Of a DNA stretch of 18,754 bases, positions 8,788 to 16,468 are shown in pieces. Origin of the DNA: Chthoniobacteraceae bacterium (GTDB lineage Bacteria > Verrucomicrobiota > Verrucomicrobiia > Chthoniobacterales > Chthoniobacteraceae); contig JANNWY010000151.1 in assembly GCA_031409335.1 (NCBI GenBank), positions 1 through 18,754 on the forward strand, read 5' to 3'. Below the pieces are notes generated by a model. That model was not told the origin of the DNA, searched no databases, and saw nothing but the letters and a program-made list of their open reading frames with translations. The position numbers and the translations under genes are program-made. How positions within the stretch are numbered: the first letter of the stretch is position 1; each line of letters begins with the position of its first letter.

Positions 8788-10040
8788 GCTGCCCAATGAG
8801 TTCTCCACTTCGCATCATCGTTACTGGTCTCATCGCTCAGCATCCGACGCTCGGCGGGGTGACTTGGGATTACCTGCAATATGTGCTCGGCCTCGCGAGG
8901 CTCGGACACGACGTCTTCTATTTCGAAGACTCCGGCGAGTGGCCCTACAACCTCGACGGCGGACCGGGCGGCGACGACTGGGTGGCGCGCGATCCGATGG
9001 ATACGGTGCGGCCACTTGCGAAGGTCTTTGAGCGTTACGGCCTGAGTGAGCGTTGGGCTTACCGTTTTCCCGTCGCGCCTCAGTGGTTTGGGCTTTCCGA
9101 CCAAAAGCGGAAAGAAGTGCTGGAGACGGCTGATCTCCTGATCAATGTCTCCGGGACAATCGAGCATCCTGAGCAGTATCGGGACGTGCGGCGGTTGGCT
9201 TACATCGACAGCGATCCCGGCTTTACCCAGGCGAAGCTTGCCCTTCAGCAAGAGGAGTTTTGTCGCCGCGTTAATGCTCACGACGTGCATTTCACATTCG
9301 GTGAGGCGGCCTCTTCGGGGGTTCCTGTGACCGGCCATCATTGGCGTCCAACCCGGCAGCCAATTGTTCTCTCAGAGTGGTGGGATCCGGGAACTCCGCG
9401 TGAGGTATTTACCACGGTCATGAGCTGGACGAGTTACAAGCCACTCGTCCTCAATGGCAGGACGTATGGACAGAAGGACGTGGAGTTTCGAAAATTCCTC
9501 GACCTTCCGGAGAAGGTGAGGCCCGGTAAGCTCGAAGTAGCGATGGGTCGGCTGCATCACGTGACCTGGGAGGCCCAGGAAATGAGCCTGCCTCCGCGCG
9601 CCGCGTCGCTCGTGCATACGCACCCGAATTGGACCCCTGGCGATCTTCTCGAACACATGGGCTGGCGTATGGCTGATCCCCTTTGTGTTTGTAGCGATCT
9701 CGACAGCTACCGTGACTACATTCGGTCATCCAAGGCTGAGTGGAGCGTCGCCAAGAATGGATATGTCCGCGATCGGACCGGCTGGTTTAGCTGCCGGTCG
9801 GCATGTTACCTGGCGGCGGGCCGCCCCGTGGTAGTGCAGGACACGGGGTTTACTGACGTTATTCCCGCCGGCGAAGGTATTCTCGCCTTCAACACGATGG
9901 AAGAAGCTGTCGAAGGCATCCGCGCCATCGAGAGTGACTACACAAGGCACGCGAAGGCGGCGCGTGCTCATGCAGAGGAGTATTTCGATTCCCGCAAAAT
10001 CTTGAGGCGCCTCATCGAAGACGCGATGGCCACAGACTGA
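8784..10040 (+). CDS. Putative glycosyltransferase (atypical GT-B fold)
   Basis: GGVTWDYLQYVLGLARLGHDV N-terminus; C-terminal WFSCRSACYLAAGRPVVVQDTGF...GEG. The start is GTG 8784 (GTGA overlap with the upstream stop) or ATG 8796. Confidence 0.7.
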   Translation: MSCPMSSPLRIIVTGLIAQHPTLGGVTWDYLQYVLGLARLGHDVFYFEDSGEWPYNLDGGPGGDDWVARDPMDTVRPLAKVFERYGLSERWAYRFPVAPQWFGLSDQKRKEVLETADLLINVSGTIEHPEQYRDVRRLAYIDSDPGFTQAKLALQQEEFCRRVNAHDVHFTFGEAASSGVPVTGHHWRPTRQPIVLSEWWDPGTPREVFTTVMSWTSYKPLVLNGRTYGQKDVEFRKFLDLPEKVRPGKLEVAMGRLHHVTWEAQEMSLPPRAASLVHTHPNWTPGDLLEHMGWRMADPLCVCSDLDSYRDYIRSSKAEWSVAKNGYVRDRTGWFSCRSACYLAAGRPVVVQDTGFTDVIPAGEGILAFNTMEEAVEGIRAIESDYTRHAKAARAHAEEYFDSRKILRRLIEDAMATD

Positions 10041-10091
10041 CCAACAGCTCCTGATCTTCGCTTTGCTCGCGAGCTTTCTTGACGAGCAGGG

Positions 10092-11642
10092 ATGGGTGTC
10101 AAACACTGCCGTATGAAGTTATCTGAACTCAGAACATTCCAAATTGGCGGCAAGACGCGCGTTGAAGTCACAGCGACTTGGGAAGAGGTGCAGCGGCCAG
10201 CCCAGACACTGTTTGTTGAGACGAGCAGCGACTTTTCTGAGGCTTTGGCACCCGACTACGATGCTTTTGTGGCGGCTTGTGCCGTGCCCGCGTTGTTCCT
10301 CGGAGAACGTCGCCTGGCCGTTCCGGGAGACCTTTGTCCGAGGCTTGCAGACGGTCTGGCGTTCGTCATGGGAATCTTCCGGCAGTGGCGCGGCATTCGG
10401 CGTCCGCCTGTCGTCCTTGAGCCCGAAGGAGGCTTCCGGTCGCGTTATTTCGTAATGAAGCCCCGGACAGCCATGCTGCTTTCGGGGGGCGTTGATTCTT
10501 TGGCAATGCTCCGGTTGAATCGGCTTTATTATCCGCGAGACCATCCAGACGCCATTCACGATGGTTTTCTGATCGAGGGTTTCGATCTGGGCGGTTTTGG
10601 CAATCAGGATACCCGCCTGGAACGAATGAAGAAAGCGGTGGCGACCATTGCGGATGATGCCGGGGTAACGGTGATTCCGGTCGTCACTAATTTCGTGGCC
10701 CTCAATCCTGACGTGCATTTCTACGTGAAGCAATGGCACGGCGGTGTCCTGGCTGCGGTGACTCACCTGTTTGCGAAACGAATCACGCGCACCTGCATCG
10801 CTTTCACCTATAATGCGCGCAACCTGGCTCCTTGGGGTTCGCACCCTTTGATCGATCAATACTTCAGCAGCTCGCGTCTCCAGATCGTTCACGAGAGCGC
10901 TCATTTGTCGCGCCTGGAGAAGACCAGATACGTGGCCGACTGGGATACCGGTTTGCACAATATGCGCGTTTGCTTTGGCAATCCTACAGAGGACTTGAAT
11001 TGCGGCCATTGCGAGAAATGCATGCGAACCATGACCGCGCTGCTCGCATTGGGCAAATTGCGTGATTGCCGCGCTTTCCCGAAGCGGGATGTCACCCCGG
11101 ATATGCTCGACGACCTTGGGATGAGCACCAACTACACACTGGCTTGCTATGAAGAACTGTTGTCACCGCTTCGGGAACGCGGACGGGAAGACTTGGTTAA
11201 AGTGATTGAACGCAAGATCAGATATTACGCGCCCTCGATCGCTTTTGGCTACATGGAACCGCAACGATGGCTTGGGGAGTTACCCCCCCTGGTCCAGGAG
11301 ATTACCAGTGCCATCCCGATGCCCAGCACTCTGATCCTCGTCGATGATGGCACCCTGGTTGGTCAGGCACTGGATGGCTATCGTGTCTTCCCATTCCTGG
11401 AGCAGAACGGAGAGTATGCAGGTTATCCACCTGATTCCGCCACCGCAATCGCAGAATTGGAACGTTTGCGGCGGGACGGGGCAGAGTTTGTCGTCTTTAT
11501 CTGGGCGTCGTTTTGGTGGCTTGCTTACTACCGGGAGTTTGAACACTACTTGCGTTCGCAGTTCGGAAGCGTGGTGGAAAGCGAACGGATCATCGCGTTC
11601 GACTTACAGTCAGCCGGCCGGGCCTCCGGTGAGTCAGTGTAA
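10092..11642 (+). CDS. Uncharacterised PP-loop/Cys-cluster protein, paralog 2, with an extra C-terminal domain
   Basis: LLSGGVDS (10482-10499 for SGGVDS), WHG, GSHP, RVC...NCGHCEKC (11001-11021), plus a ~120-aa extension. Alternative ATG at 10113. Confidence 0.7.
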   Translation: MGVKHCRMKLSELRTFQIGGKTRVEVTATWEEVQRPAQTLFVETSSDFSEALAPDYDAFVAACAVPALFLGERRLAVPGDLCPRLADGLAFVMGIFRQWRGIRRPPVVLEPEGGFRSRYFVMKPRTAMLLSGGVDSLAMLRLNRLYYPRDHPDAIHDGFLIEGFDLGGFGNQDTRLERMKKAVATIADDAGVTVIPVVTNFVALNPDVHFYVKQWHGGVLAAVTHLFAKRITRTCIAFTYNARNLAPWGSHPLIDQYFSSSRLQIVHESAHLSRLEKTRYVADWDTGLHNMRVCFGNPTEDLNCGHCEKCMRTMTALLALGKLRDCRAFPKRDVTPDMLDDLGMSTNYTLACYEELLSPLRERGREDLVKVIERKIRYYAPSIAFGYMEPQRWLGELPPLVQEITSAIPMPSTLILVDDGTLVGQALDGYRVFPFLEQNGEYAGYPPDSATAIAELERLRRDGAEFVVFIWASFWWLAYYREFEHYLRSQFGSVVESERIIAFDLQSAGRASGESV

Positions 11643-11656
11643 GGGAGGTTTAGCTC

Positions 11657-13384
11657 TCAGTCCGCGACGATCTCGCCCATTTCCAAGTGCAGCCTCATGT
11701 CGCACTTCTCAAGCGTACTTAGGCGGTGGGCGATCATGAAAGTGGTCAGGCCGGGCATCAGCTTCTCCATGGCTTCCATGATCGCTCCTTCGGTCCTTAC
11801 GTCCACCGAGCTGGTCGGCTCGTCGAGCACGAGGATCGGCGCGTCTTTGAGGAAGGCCCGCGCCAGCGAGATGCGCTGGCGTTCGCCCCCCGAAAGCCGG
11901 GCGCCGCGCTGGCCCACCAGCGTCCGGTAACCGTCCGGCAGCGCGCTGATGAAGTCATGCGCGTTCGCCGCTTTTGCCGCCGCGACAATCTCCTCTTCGG
12001 AGGCGCCGGGCCGGGCGTAGGCGATGTTCTCGCCGATACTGTTGGAGAACAGCACCGGCTCCTGGAGCACGATCGCGAACTGGTTCCGCAGGTCCGCCAG
12101 CCGATACTCGCGCAGATCGAGGCCATCCAGCAGAACCTGGCCGCTGGTCGGGTCGTAGAAGCGTGTCAGAAGACTCACCAGCGTGGTTTTTCCGGCACCC
12201 GTTGTGCCCATGATCCCAACGCGGCTTCCGGGCCGGACTCGAAAAGAAATCCGGTGCAGGACGAAGGTCTCCGGCTCGTAACTGAACGAGACATCGTGGA
12301 GTTCGATTTCGCCTCTCGCCCTCGTGACCGTCTGGCCGTCGGCCCGGTCTTCGACGTCCGGAGTTTCGTCGAGCAGTGTGAAGGCACGTTCAGCACTAGA
12401 CATCGAAGACTGCATCTTGCCGATCTGTCCGCTGATCGTCTTCATCGGGCCGTAGAGCTGCGCAATGTAAGCCATAACTAGGAGTAACTGACCAAGGGTC
12501 ATCGCGCCGGACTGCACATGCTGGACTCCGATGAACAAGGCGGCAGCGGTGCCGCACGCCACCGCGATTCCCACGATCGCTCCAAAACCGCTGTCGAGAA
12601 ACGCAAGGTAAACATGACGCCGGACACCCAGGTTCGCTTTATCCAGATACTCGGCCTGCTGCCGCTCCTCCTGGCCGAATGCTTTCACGACACGAATGGC
12701 GCCGAGTGTTTCCTCGAGGACCGAAAGGGTCGCAGACTGGACTGCTTGCAACTCGCTCCAGCGAGTGCGCACGCGCCTCCGGTAAAACTCCGCGAGCGCA
12801 AACAGCACGGGCATCACAGTCAGCGCGACGAGCGCAAGCTGCACGTTGATGCGGGTGATGATGCAAACCATTCCGACGACCGTGCAGCCCGAGATGAGAA
12901 ATGGCGCGATGCCATGCACCAGAATCCATTCAATGGCCGGCGCGTCGTATTGGATGCGGTAGATCGAATCCGAGGTTCCCTTCCGGTCGTGATAGAGCAG
13001 CGAGAGCCGCTGGGCATGACGAAACAAACGCGATCGGAACGAGAGCACGAGCTTTTCGCTCAGGTAGCTTTCTCCCATATGATTCGCGACGTTCTGCGCC
13101 TGCAGGAGGAAGGTGGTCGCGACGATCAAGCCGACCGCGAGCAGTAACATCGCGCCCTTTGAGGCAGCCACCGATGCGGGCGTGACCATGTCGAGAAACC
13201 ACGGAAGCGGCAGATCGCCGATGACGTGATCCACCGCGATCTTCACCGGCAATGGTATGAGCAGAGTTAGCGGCGTCGCGAGGATTTGCAGAAGGAACAG
13301 TCCTCCAAGGAGCGGCGTCAACGGCCTGGCCTGCTTCAGCAGCAGGCGGTAAATCTGGAAGTCCGAATAGCGGCGCGGTTGCAT
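11657..13384 (-). CDS. ABC exporter, fused permease/ATPase (MsbA/NdvA-like half transporter)
   Basis: N-terminal TM domain, Walker A GTTGAGKT, signature LSGGERQ, Walker B ILVLDE, H-loop AHRLST. The ATG at 13384 overlaps the upstream TGA (TGATG), so the true start is likely here and not at 13528. Confidence 0.93.
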   Translation of the reverse strand: MQPRRYSDFQIYRLLLKQARPLTPLLGGLFLLQILATPLTLLIPLPVKIAVDHVIGDLPLPWFLDMVTPASVAASKGAMLLLAVGLIVATTFLLQAQNVANHMGESYLSEKLVLSFRSRLFRHAQRLSLLYHDRKGTSDSIYRIQYDAPAIEWILVHGIAPFLISGCTVVGMVCIITRINVQLALVALTVMPVLFALAEFYRRRVRTRWSELQAVQSATLSVLEETLGAIRVVKAFGQEERQQAEYLDKANLGVRRHVYLAFLDSGFGAIVGIAVACGTAAALFIGVQHVQSGAMTLGQLLLVMAYIAQLYGPMKTISGQIGKMQSSMSSAERAFTLLDETPDVEDRADGQTVTRARGEIELHDVSFSYEPETFVLHRISFRVRPGSRVGIMGTTGAGKTTLVSLLTRFYDPTSGQVLLDGLDLREYRLADLRNQFAIVLQEPVLFSNSIGENIAYARPGASEEEIVAAAKAANAHDFISALPDGYRTLVGQRGARLSGGERQRISLARAFLKDAPILVLDEPTSSVDVRTEGAIMEAMEKLMPGLTTFMIAHRLSTLEKCDMRLHLEMGEIVAD

Positions 13385-13947
13385 CACTGCGATTGCTTTT
13401 CCGAACGCAGATCGGCCGTGGCGCGCAGGATTGCCGCCATCGCGCTTCCCGCCTGCTGGAAGGTCCAAAGCGCGAACCAACCGAAGCCGATCCCGCAGAT
13501 GATGGCTGCGGTCCACGCTCCCTCCCACGCGGCGATTGTCGCAATCAGTCCGAAGGAAAATATGACTGCCTCAGCACCGCGACGGTATTGCGGCCACACG
13601 CGCGTCCTCACGTATTGCGCGCCGGCACCATGATCTTCAATTGCGAGTAACAGACGGGCGGCGCCGAACATGCCACCCCGGACTTCGATGTCCCAGCGCG
13701 CGAACTCATCACCGCAAAGCACGATGGCACGCTCTTCCCGCAAGGTTTTCTGGATGCGGGCGATGCGTTCTTCGGGCGCCATCCAGTCCTTGGTCCAGAG
13801 GGCGTCTTTGCGCGGATACGGCGTCACAGTTCCCGGCAAGCCACGACGGCGCCAGAAGGTCAGCCCATAATGAATGCGGCCGGAAAGCCTCGCGAGCGGC
13901 TGGAGAAAGTGCAGCCACGCGGTGAGCAGCCGCAATTGCAGCCGCAC
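13384..13947 (-). CDS. C-terminal membrane part of the GH-GT2 fusion (in frame, after the premature TAA)
   Basis: Same frame as the upstream GT2 ORF, 8 codons after TAA 13972-13974. Contains hydrophobic segments and is translationally coupled to the ABC gene. Confidence 0.7.
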   Translation of the reverse strand: MRLQLRLLTAWLHFLQPLARLSGRIHYGLTFWRRRGLPGTVTPYPRKDALWTKDWMAPEERIARIQKTLREERAIVLCGDEFARWDIEVRGGMFGAARLLLAIEDHGAGAQYVRTRVWPQYRRGAEAVIFSFGLIATIAAWEGAWTAAIICGIGFGWFALWTFQQAGSAMAAILRATADLRSEKQSQ

Positions 13948-13971
13948 GAAAGTCGCTCTCCGGGGAAAATG

Positions 13972-15909
13972 TTACGACCCGCGGAAGCCCGCGCGCAGCG
14001 ATTGCACGATGGTAATAATGATCGCTGTGAGGAGCAGTGGGAGCGCAGCAAAGAGCGGTGGCCATGACAACCCCAACAACACGCACCCGCCCAGGAACCA
14101 GACGAGTAAATGCCACTCTGGCATCGTGGGGAGACTTAAGAGGGTGCTCGGTCCGCGCTGGTAAAGTGACTGGAATGGCGCACTCCCCCAAACGCCGTGA
14201 TAGATGCGCGAGCCGAATCCGAGGATGTGGCTGAAGCCTTTGCCATAAAGTCGCCCGTTGAAGGTGTGATGGCCCGCGGAGTTGTAGCGTTCGGGCCACT
14301 TCGTCTCGAGCAAGGCCTCGGCGCGACCGTAGCCGCGCTGCTGCTGGCAATATTTCAAGACCGAACTGCGCCGGTGATGCCAGACCATGGCCGCCGGGCT
14401 GAAGCCAAGCGTCCAGCCGCGTTGCTGGATGCGCCAGCAGGCGTCCACGTCGTCACCGGCCGCGCGGAATCTCGGATCGAATCCACCGATCGCGTCCAAG
14501 GCTTCGCGTCGAAAGGCCATGTTGCACCCGGGGACGTGTTCGGCGAGCTCGTCCGTAATCAGGACATGCACGGGTCCGCCAGGCGCATTGGCGACGCAAC
14601 TAGCGATGAGGCTGCTGTCGTGGGGTTCGACGTTCGGCCCGCCGATGACCATGTGTTCGGTGGTTAGGAAAGAGGCGGCGAGGTAGTCGAGCCAGTCGGG
14701 ATCGGGGTAGGCATCGTCGTCGATGTAGGCGAGAAATTCGCCAGTCGCGGCCTCCATGCCGACGTTGCGCGCCTGGCTGAGACCCTGATTTTTAGTCGAG
14801 ATCAGCCGAACCTTGTATTCGGCTGCGATCTCCGCCGTCGCATCCGTCGAGCCGTCGTTGATGACGATGACCTCGTAATTTGGGTAGGTGAGGCGAGCGA
14901 GGCCCGCCAGGCATTCGCGAATCGTCGCAGAGCCATTGTAGGTGCAGACGATGACTGAAAAGCGAGGCGTGGGCCGGTCGGGCGGAAATGGCGTCTCGGC
15001 GAAGGCTTTGGAAACTGCTGCCAGCGCCGGTTTTGGCCGCCGCAATGTGTCTGTCAGGCCGAATGCCCAGTCGTGGACGAATTCCTTGGCGCGATACCAT
15101 TCGTCCGTCCACGAGAAGATGATCGTGCCAGCGCAGCCCGCACGGAAAGCGGTGCGGATTTGCCAGTCGAGGACGGCTGCTTGTTTCTCCTCGCCATTGC
15201 GGAGCGCGTCGAGACCCACCTCGCTCATGATCAGCGGCCGGTCGCCGGCGATATTCTGAAGTCGGAGAAGATACGAATACAGCACCGGCTCCGATTCCAG
15301 GTAAACATTGAAGCAGACGAGATCGAGGAACGGGAGATCCAGATACTCGGTCGTCGGGTAGTTGACATAGGTCACCAAGCCTTCCGGGTCTTCTGCTTTG
15401 ATCGCGCGAAAAATTCGGCGCAGATAACGCTCAATCGTCCGCGCGCCCAGCCAGCGCACGACCGAGGCTGGGATCTCGTTGCCAATCGCGCAACAGAGCA
15501 GCGCCGGATGTCCTGCCACCTGCCGCACCTTCGCTCGCACCAGCGCCGCGACGCCCGGCCCCTTCTTTTCCGGGTCCACGAGATAGCCCACATACTGCTC
15601 CGCGGAGAGGCCGACCATCACGCGCAACCCGTGCCGCTCCGCGACATCCAGGAGGGCGCGCGGCGGCATCGTGTGCGGGATGCGCACCGTGTTAATTCCG
15701 GCAGCAGCCATTTGCTCAAAGTCGGCGTCGATCTTATCGAGATCGTGGTATTCGTTCCCGGTCTCGTCCGGCTTGAATGCGCCGTAAGTCACGCCTTTCG
15801 GTGAAAACTTTTGCTCTCCGACGAAGAGAAATTTGCCCGAAGCAACGGGTCGCGCGATGGCGGCGCTTCGTTTCAGGGAATCTTCGAGTGATGGGACGGC
15901 GGTTTCCAC
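13972..15909 (-). CDS. Clan GH-A (GH2/GH17-like) TIM-barrel fused to a GT2 glycosyltransferase, interrupted by an in-frame stop
   Basis: GH motifs IGNEI, IMSEVG and FSWTDEW; GT2 motifs VCTYNG, NDGSTD, YIDDD, GCNMAFRR, GDDVD and QQRGY; TM hairpin at the end. The start is most plausibly GTG 15909; the ORF is open to 16179. Confidence 0.85.
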   Translation of the reverse strand: METAVPSLEDSLKRSAAIARPVASGKFLFVGEQKFSPKGVTYGAFKPDETGNEYHDLDKIDADFEQMAAAGINTVRIPHTMPPRALLDVAERHGLRVMVGLSAEQYVGYLVDPEKKGPGVAALVRAKVRQVAGHPALLCCAIGNEIPASVVRWLGARTIERYLRRIFRAIKAEDPEGLVTYVNYPTTEYLDLPFLDLVCFNVYLESEPVLYSYLLRLQNIAGDRPLIMSEVGLDALRNGEEKQAAVLDWQIRTAFRAGCAGTIIFSWTDEWYRAKEFVHDWAFGLTDTLRRPKPALAAVSKAFAETPFPPDRPTPRFSVIVCTYNGSATIRECLAGLARLTYPNYEVIVINDGSTDATAEIAAEYKVRLISTKNQGLSQARNVGMEAATGEFLAYIDDDAYPDPDWLDYLAASFLTTEHMVIGGPNVEPHDSSLIASCVANAPGGPVHVLITDELAEHVPGCNMAFRREALDAIGGFDPRFRAAGDDVDACWRIQQRGWTLGFSPAAMVWHHRRSSVLKYCQQQRGYGRAEALLETKWPERYNSAGHHTFNGRLYGKGFSHILGFGSRIYHGVWGSAPFQSLYQRGPSTLLSLPTMPEWHLLVWFLGGCVLLGLSWPPLFAALPLLLTAIIITIVQSLRAGFRGS

Positions 15910-15940
15910 GGTGTCGTTTTTAACTGGAACGTCTGGGGGT

Positions 15941-15956
15941 AGCAATGAGCGAGCCG
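15941..15956 (-). promoter_or_regulatory. Candidate sigma-54 promoter of the - operon
   Basis: - strand CGGCTCGCTCATTGCT versus consensus TGGCACG-N4-TTGCW, with exact GG-N10-GC spacing. The predicted TSS near 15930 lies just upstream of GTG 15909. Confidence 0.5.
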
Positions 15957-16244
15957 CCGAAGAGTAGCAATCCGCCTTCGAGACGTTCTTCGACAATCCG
16001 ACCGGCGAGAACGAACAGCGCATCATGGCTGATGCGAATCTCACCGGGACCGCCGTGGCCGTGGGCCACTCAGCGTCCCCTCCGGCGACCGAATCGCCGG
16101 CCAGAATCAGGGCGATCCCCCTGCTGCGCCAGACGATGAAGGCTTTGCAAAGCGTCCCTCTCCTCCCGAACAATTCCAATCGCGTTCAGAGTGGCCTTTG
16201 TCTCACACAAGCCCAATCCCGCTTGCCGAAGGGCTTGAAGAGGC

Positions 16245-16265
16245 ATTTGTGACAATGCCATCACG
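16245..16265. repeat. ATTTGTGACA...TCACG motif, candidate arm-type site
   Basis: ATTTGTGACAATGCCATCACG, matching 878-899 in sequence and in offset from the att-like core. Confidence 0.55.
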
Positions 16266-16295
16266 CACGTATTGACCTCTCCCACAGTGTGTTGG

Positions 16296-16320
16296 AGTGG
16301 AGGCGAGGGGAGTTGAACTC
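16296..16320 (-). repeat. att-like core, copy 2: tmRNA/tRNA-Ala 3'-end fragment
   Basis: - strand GAGTTCAACTCCCCTCGCCTCCACT: T-loop TTCAACT, T-stem 3' strand CCCCT, acceptor strand CGCCTCC with U70 and discriminator A. The 5' T-stem strand does not pair, so this is not an intact gene. Confidence 0.8.
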
Positions 16321-16326
16321 TTGGAA

Positions 16327-16468
16327 TGGTAGGGGTGTTTTGGCGGGCAGCTTCCGCCAATGCCCGCCAATACTTGATTTGCGGTTGGCAGGGCATTTCG
16401 AGCGGAGTTCCCGATAATATGCACGTAAACGCCATTATCCGCCAAATCCTACCACGATTTTGGTAGGA
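16327..16468. repeat. Cluster of short inverted/direct repeats adjoining att copy 2
   Basis: TTGGCGGGCA-N11-TGCCCGCCAA (16340-16370); TCCTACCA-N6-TGGTAGGA (16447-16468); extra TGGTAGG at 16327; CCGCCAA at 16354, 16364 and 16439. Confidence 0.6.

Larger units (their letters stand above)
929..16320. mobile_element. Putative integrase-less genomic island/cassette carrying the glycan locus
   Basis: Bounded by direct repeats resembling an ssrA/tRNA 3' end. TGTCAC/GTGACA motifs lie at both internal ends (1045-1062, 16245-16265). No recombinase ORF is recognisable inside. Confidence 0.6.

Noticed and set aside
13385..13528. N-terminal extension of the ABC ORF
   Set aside because: It overlaps the upstream coding region. 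The ATG at 13384 has a TGATG coupling.
13940..13990. Frameshift between the two GT2 fragments
   Set aside because: The fragments are in the same frame; the break is a single TAA.
15910..16179. N-terminal 90-codon extension of the GH-GT2 ORF
   Set aside because: It does not look protein-like and contains the candidate sigma-54 promoter. GTG 15909 is preferred, though not proven.
16250..16400. Intact tRNA or tmRNA gene
   Set aside because: Only the 3' ~22 nt match. The 5' T-stem strand (AAGAG) does not pair with CCCCT, and no cloverleaf or matching 5' acceptor strand is visible.
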